From assembly GCA_030265395.1 (NCBI GenBank), contig JARFYF010000055.1, positions 24,344,825 through 24,408,824 of the forward strand: DNA of 64,000 nucleotides, read 5' to 3'. Of this stretch, positions 1 through 64,000 are shown piece after piece. The translations under genes and the position numbers were made by a program. The notes below the pieces were generated by a model that searched no databases, was not told the DNA's origin, and worked only from the letters and a program-made list of their open reading frames with translations. Source of the stretch: Rhina ancylostomus (lineage: Eukaryota). How positions within the stretch are numbered: position 1 is the stretch's first letter; every line of letters begins with the position of its first letter.

Positions 1-488
1 GCGGAGAATGATGTGTTGGATATGTAGGCTGGTGGGATGAAATGTGAGGACAAGGGGGACCCTATCCCTGTTGGGTCTGGGAGGGGTAGGTGTGTGAGTA
101 GAGGTGTGGGAAATGGCAGAGATGTGGTTACAAGCTCCCCCTACCACTGTAGGGGGGAAGCCATGGTAAGCAAAGAATCTCGGATGTCCTGGAGTGGAAA
201 GCCTCATAACGGGAGCAGATGTGGTGGAGGCAGAGAAAAAGGGATAGCATCCTTGCAAGAGGTGGTGGGAGGAGCTGTAATCGAGGTAGTTGAGTGTGTC
301 AATGGGTTTGTGGAGGATGTTGGTGGGTGAGGGATCTCCAGAGGTGGAGGTGGAATGATCGAGGAAGGGCAGAGGTGTCAGAGATAGTCCAAGTGAATTG
401 GAGAGCAAGATGAAAATTAGTGGCAAAATATATGAAACTGTTGAGTTCCACGTGGGTGCAAGAGGTGACATTGGTGTCACCTCTTGCA
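1..488 (-). mobile_element. Penelope-like retroelement RT fragment, decayed
   Basis: Minus strand reads SCTHVELNSFIYFATNFHLALQFTWTISDT / LPFLD / HKPIDTLNYLDYSSSH / CKDAIPF with frameshifts, the PLE RT C-terminal signature. Confidence 0.8.
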
Positions 489-1604
489 ATCTTTTGTTTC
501 TCTAGTTCTGGTTAGCTCCCCTCATTACTGCCTTCACTAGACTTGCACCCACCTTAAAATTTCTGATATGAAGAAATATAACCATAATAAATCTGTGTAA
601 TGTGGTTTGCTGTCGGGAATAATCGCTGAGAACAGATTGATGTCTTGCATTAACTAATATCAATTAAAATTGAATACTAGCTTATTTTGTTTTGCACCTT
701 AAGTTTCATACCTCATTCACTGTCATCGTTATCGTCATTTACTAATCAAAGCATATGTGGAATCAAATATTGGTCTTTGTGTAAATTCTTTGGATCCTCT
801 TGTCACCTTTGCGCTTGCATTGTTAACTCTGGAGACTTCCAACTATCTGTCCTTGCCATCTTTGGGAATATCATCGAAAGTCACATTAAGTCCATTGACA
901 CCAATTGTATCGTTCAAGTGCCTTTCTCAGTCTTTGCACTGCCATTATATCATTGTTAACTAGATGGCTGTCTTCAAATAGTCATCAGCCACTGTCACAG
1001 GTTGAAGCTACCTATTTGCAGTCTGAGTCCTGTTTGATGCTGATCTGAGCTTCTCATTCCATAAGATTTTCATCGCAAACATTACTTAATTCCATCTCAA
1101 TAACATCACAGTTTGCTGACAAAACGTGTTGTGAAAAGGTTTGTTAATGCCCTTGTTGGTTGCGGACAGGCATTAACCTGCTGTTATCTTGATTGGCCTT
1201 CCATCTTCCTTTCATTCAAATCTATTCAAACGTAAACTTTGTGTTGATGACCTGTAAATTCTCATCCCTTCATATGTTTCTAATGTACTGTTACCAAAAA
1301 ATTCCAAAGAATCTGTTTACCCCCAACTGCCACTTCTTCGGAATCTCCCATTCCCTTTTGTTAATCATTGGCAACAGCTGAGTTCTGTTGCTCCTTTCAT
1401 ATATAAGACAGAATAAATGGGTCTTTTTAAGACTGGTAATATGTAATTAGTGGAACCCCTCCTCCCTCTTCTCTCTCTCCCCCCCCCCCCCCCAATAGGA
1501 TCATNNNNNNNNNNNNNNNNNNNNNNNNNNNNNNNNNNNNNNNNNNNNNNNNNNNNNNNNNNNNNNNNNNNNNNNNNNNNNNNNNNNNNNNNNNNNNNNN
1601 NNNN

Positions 1605-2480
1605 GTACATTGATGACTTGGACATGAAAGTAAGTCAGAAGGCATACTGTGATGAAGATATTTAGATTCTGCAGCTGGATATTGATAGGTTGAGTAAGTA
1701 GGAGAAAACTTGGCAAATGGAGTTTAATGTGGGAAAGCGTGAGAGCATGCATTTCAGTGGGAGGAATCAAAAAGGAGAGTGACTGCAAGTGAGTGAAGTG
1801 CAGAGGGATCAAGTTGTTCTTGTGCAAAAAAACACAAAGATAGCATGCAGGAGTATCAAGTAATTAAGGAGAATGGCATACTGGTCTTTATTGCTAGGGG
1901 TTAGGAGTTTAAAAGCAGAGAAGTATTGTTGCAATGGTTCAGGGTTTTGGTGAGTCTTCATCTGTAGTACTACGCGTAATAATTTCCCCTTAAGAAAGGA
2001 GATACTAGCACTGGAGGCAGACCAGAGCAGATTTATTAGGGTTGTCTTGAACAGCTAAATAAATTAGATCTGTACTCTGAAGAATGATGGGTAATCCTAT
2101 TGAAACCTCTAAGATCCTCAAGGGAAATGAGAAGGTAGATGTCTATTGGGCCTGATCATGCATCTCCAAGAACGCTATGGNNNNNNNNNNGTAGATGTCT
2201 ATTGGGCAAGTCTTGAATAAAGGGAAATAGTAAAAAGATAAACAGTAGCTATTTAAAATTGAGATTTGTAGGAATTTGTCTTTGCTGAGAGTGGTGAATT
2301 ACTTGAACTCTCTACCTCGGAGGCTGGATCACTGAAGGTATTTAAAATGGAGGTAGATAAATGAGGGAATTGAGGGTGATGAGGAAGTGGCACAGAAGAG
2401 GAGTTAGGTCTGGGGTAGATCAGCCATGAACTTAATGAATTTAGGGACATGTAATGGGCTAGATCCTATTTTTCTGCTCC
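1605..2480 (+). mobile_element. CR1-clade LINE 3' fragment
   Basis: ctgcagctggatattgataggttg...tggcaaatggagtttaatgtg (LQxDIDRL..WQMEFN) and 3'UTR motif gtagatcagccatga. Confidence 0.8.
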
Positions 2481-4384
2481 TACACCTTCTCCAATGTTCA
2501 TGTGTTCCTGTATTTCTCGTTTATCTTCCTGAAAGCTCAAAACCTTAAATGCATCTCATATTTCTTTTTTTGACAAATCTTGTTGTTTTCAGCTAGTTAC
2601 ACTTCTATAAATTGCATTAGAATATTGTTCCACCTTTTCAGAGGGGTTTTACAAAGCTTGTTGCAAATTTTAGGTACGGTCTCTTACTTTAGTCTCTACT
2701 TTGCAATGAAGCCACCAGTTGGTATTGTTTCCACAGGAAGAATTTTTATACTGATCTTTTTTAAGCTCGATCTTGAGTCATAATGGAAGTTCAGTATCAT
2801 GGAGTGTCATTTAGTTCCTTGCAAAATATAAAAATATAATGCATGATGAAATTAAACAGATTTACTTTTTATCTTGTGAGAAATTAAACAAAATTTAATG
2901 TTTAAAATATTGGTTAAGAAATATAATGAATGTATATGGTTATGGTGAAGAGAATTGTAATGTATTTGGTTTAAAAGCAGAATCCAAAAGTATTTATTGT
3001 AAACAGTTGCCAGTTCATCTCGTATTATAGAATCACTCAAATTAAGTTGCAGGTTTATCTTCATAAAGATCATTGAGGTACTTTGTCCTTGGACTAGTAT
3101 TGTTTCTAAATATTCAAAGCTTTTACAAATAAATGTAATCATATAAAACCAACCTATGTGGAGCTGTGTAGTTGTAATAGTTGAAACAGAATAAGCTATT
3201 GAAAGTAAAGCATTATTGGTCCTCTTTTAAAACATTCAGAAATATTCCTCTTGATACCACAGTACCTTGGTGGATATTTATCCTCAAAATCTGCATTTTA
3301 ACTGTTTGTAGTTACATTTTGGATAAATGAAAGCTGCAAGGCTATAATCTTGTCTGGACGAAATAATAGCGTTAACTATATGATGAGACTACAACCTGAA
3401 ATAACTGCAGTTATAATGTGTTTTGTGTGGTTTTCATGTTGATCTATGCTTTTAACATAATGACTGTTATTTTGGATATCTGTATAAATGAGGCACTATT
3501 TCCCACTATAACTTTGTATTATTATAATAATGGCTTTTATCAATCGCCCTTTCAATCTCCTAAGTTTGTGTTCTCTTTAAATTGAACTACATTCTCTGAA
3601 ACTTCGGGATGTGTATGAGGTTAAATGATATTAAGCTTCATTCTGCTATGTGAAAGCAATTACAATCTAAGTATTATGAAAAATGTTAATTTAAATTGTA
3701 TATGAAATGAAAATATTGATAAGAACATAGCTATTCTCAATAGGAAGATTGAGATTTGGTGGAATAATTTCATTTCCGTCTGTGGTATTTCTCCAATTAG
3801 AAATTATTTGTGTTCCTGGTAAGCAGGCTATCTGCCAGAAGCTGATATCACTGGGTCAGTCTGATCCTGTCCTCTTCCTTCCAAGGCACATATGCATTTC
3901 TGACCTATCTCCATTTAAAAAAGGGAATAAATGAAAATTGAAGGCAGATCAGATAATTATAGAAGCAGTGCTGGTTGTTACATTAACTCAGATATGGCAC
4001 CTTCTCAGTCCAGATGCCTCAGAGAATGTGATTTGCCTCTGGGTCATCGAGTTCTCCCAATTAGAAAATCCATGCTGATGCCTAGTTGGCTTTTTACTAA
4101 TTTTGTTTTTGGAACAGATGGTATTTATAGAAACTCATTTCTGTTTTTAAAAGGAAAATATTCACACATTTTACAGAAATCTCTTGGTGTTAATCTGAAG
4201 GAGTTTTATCATTATCTGTTTAAAATTGTACTCAAAAATAAATGTGTGACAACAAAATTAAAATTTTGTGTGCCTCAATGTCTTATGGAGCTGTAAAAAT
4301 AGGGAAGTGGAAAGATTTTGTGCTGCTTGCTAACAATATTATTTTAAGATAATTAAAAAATGGAGTTGCTCAGTTGGAAGTTCC

Positions 4385-4770
4385 CTCACTCAGAACATCA
4401 ATGATTGGGGTCTTACTCCCAATATTTGGAATCACAAATCTAGGCTGACATTCCATCACAGTGTACTCTTGGAGCGAATTTCCTTTGGATTAATATTAAA
4501 TTGAAGTGTGTCTGCTCTCAAGTGGATACAAATTATCCTATAGTTCTATTTTAATGAAGTGGAGCAGTGTTTATCTCTAATATCCTCACCAATATTTATC
4601 CCTCAGACAACTATATTGGAAAAAGCACATTTTCTTTGTGGGAGCTTGCTATGTACAGATCTGTTGTCATGTTTCTTGCACTATAGCAATGACTGTATTT
4701 GAGAAATAATTTATTGGCTGTAAAATGCTTTGGCCCTGAGATGAATATAAAAGATAATAATATACAACAG
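4385..4770 (+). mobile_element. DeuSINE/SacSINE1-like SINE, old copy
   Basis: Deu-domain-like strings ctctcaagtggataca, ccaatatttatccctca, tgtgggagcttgct, attggctgtaaaatgcttt. Confidence 0.7.
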
Positions 4771-5183
4771 TGTGCCTTGTGTTATAAATTCATATTTTTG
4801 CCAGTTATACACAATTGTGTATAATTCTATTTTGATATTTATTATCGGAATTACATATCCTTCATGTTTTTTTTATTTCACTTTAGATTATTCTTGTGTA
4901 ATTGTGTATGTTTTTGTAATTGATTATATACCCTTAAAAACTGTAATTAAAGCAAATGGTATGTCTGAAGTAATAGATTTGGCGGCAAAAGGCTGCCCTG
5001 CTTCAGCTGTGGATGGAAGCGAGTGACGCGTTTTAAAGAATGAAGTTTTGGAAGTCGGTGTGCATTTTTATATTGTCCCAGAATGTCAGTTTTATTGAGG
5101 GATGGATATTTGTCTGGTCTGCTTTCTGTCTAATGATATAAACAAAATGTGCACATTGATCTGTCTTTCTGCTTTCCTCTTAG

Positions 5184-63240
<58,057 letters not shown>

Positions 63241-64000
63241 GTAAGTATCCGTACGCAGAATCCTCGCCTGTTAGAGAAAACAGTACCATTCCTTATCTAT
63301 CTCTTAAAACAAAATTAAATATTATACCTCTTTCACTTCCCTGTGAAACAACTGAGGCAAGGTTTAATGCTGTTTCTGAGAAGGGTGTTGAACCCTGGAG
63401 CATGTTACATCTAGAATAAATGTTATTGCAGCTTTCATATGACGGAGTGGGAGAAACACATGCTCCATTCTTTTATTTAAAGTATTTTTTAAATTAATTT
63501 CTTTGGTAGAAGTTTACACTTCAGATTCTCCATTAGTTATCTCTGCACTGTCACCAATAACTTGTGGTACCCTTGTTGTTTTGGGGGGATTCTTTGATGT
63601 TAGAGTTTCAAATTGCTTCATTGACAGACAAAAAAAAATTCTAACCAACAAAATTGTACACTTACATGAGCCAGTTTGAAATTCAGGCCACTTTTCACTT
63701 CTCCCTAATTTTAGGATTTGCTGTCTGCTTGTAGAGTTGTCATAGAAATAACAAAGTGAATTTATATAGCACTTTTACCAAAGATGATTCACAGATGTGT
63801 CCTTAAAAAAAAAAGAAAATCTGACCAGTATAAAAAAAAATTTAAAGCAGGTGATCCAAGCTTGGCCAAACTAGGTTTTAACAAGTATATCGAAGGAGGA
63901 AAATGAGGCCAAAGAGATTTAGGAGTAGTAGGGTGATCATCAGAATTTAGGACTTGGCAGATGAAAGCTGCTGTCAGAAGAGTTATTAAATTAGGGAATG

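Noticed and set aside
2630-2800. Possible upstream ZMYM4 small exon (ttttcag...tag|gtacgg; ttccacag|gaag)
   Set aside because: No peptide similarity to the ZMYM4 N-terminus and no convincing phase-1 donor; unsupported without RNA data.
3380-3420. ATGATGA box C-like motif (also 2843, 31087)
   Set aside because: No properly spaced CTGA box D with terminal stem; no snoRNA supported.
63700-63740. ttttag|GATTTG as the next ZMYM4 exon
   Set aside because: Hits TAG after 6 codons and lacks the expected SRIEEE-like motif; the next exon is outside the window.

Overview
Eukaryotic vertebrate DNA, AT-rich and CpG-depleted, from a gapped draft assembly. The repeat content (CR1 LINEs, HE1/V-SINE-like and DeuSINE/SacSINE1-like SINEs, Penelope-like elements) suggests a cartilaginous fish (inference). 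The window is occupied by one + strand gene, ZMYM4 (MYM-type zinc finger protein 4). I traced 23 phase-consistent GT-AG coding exons from 5184 to 63240 (4269 nt, about 1423 codons). They encode an acidic N-terminal region, SUMO-consensus motifs, tandem MYM (FCS) fingers, a TQT/proline-rich region and the start of the Crypton-derived DUF3504 domain. The first exon(s) were not identified and the last exons lie beyond 64000. Introns are filled with decayed transposons. I found no clearly new multi-gene system. The best leads are: a 79-nt pre-miRNA-like intronic hairpin; TSD-flanked fold-back Penelope pLTR elements carrying decayed minimal hammerhead-ribozyme motifs; a nested Tigger-like MITE pair; an E2F/ETS/CRE motif cluster just upstream of a large exon with a strong-Kozak ATG; and a clustered LC8-type TQT array. 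Comparisons with human ZMYM4 and repeat families are from memory, not database searches, and repeat boundaries are approximate.
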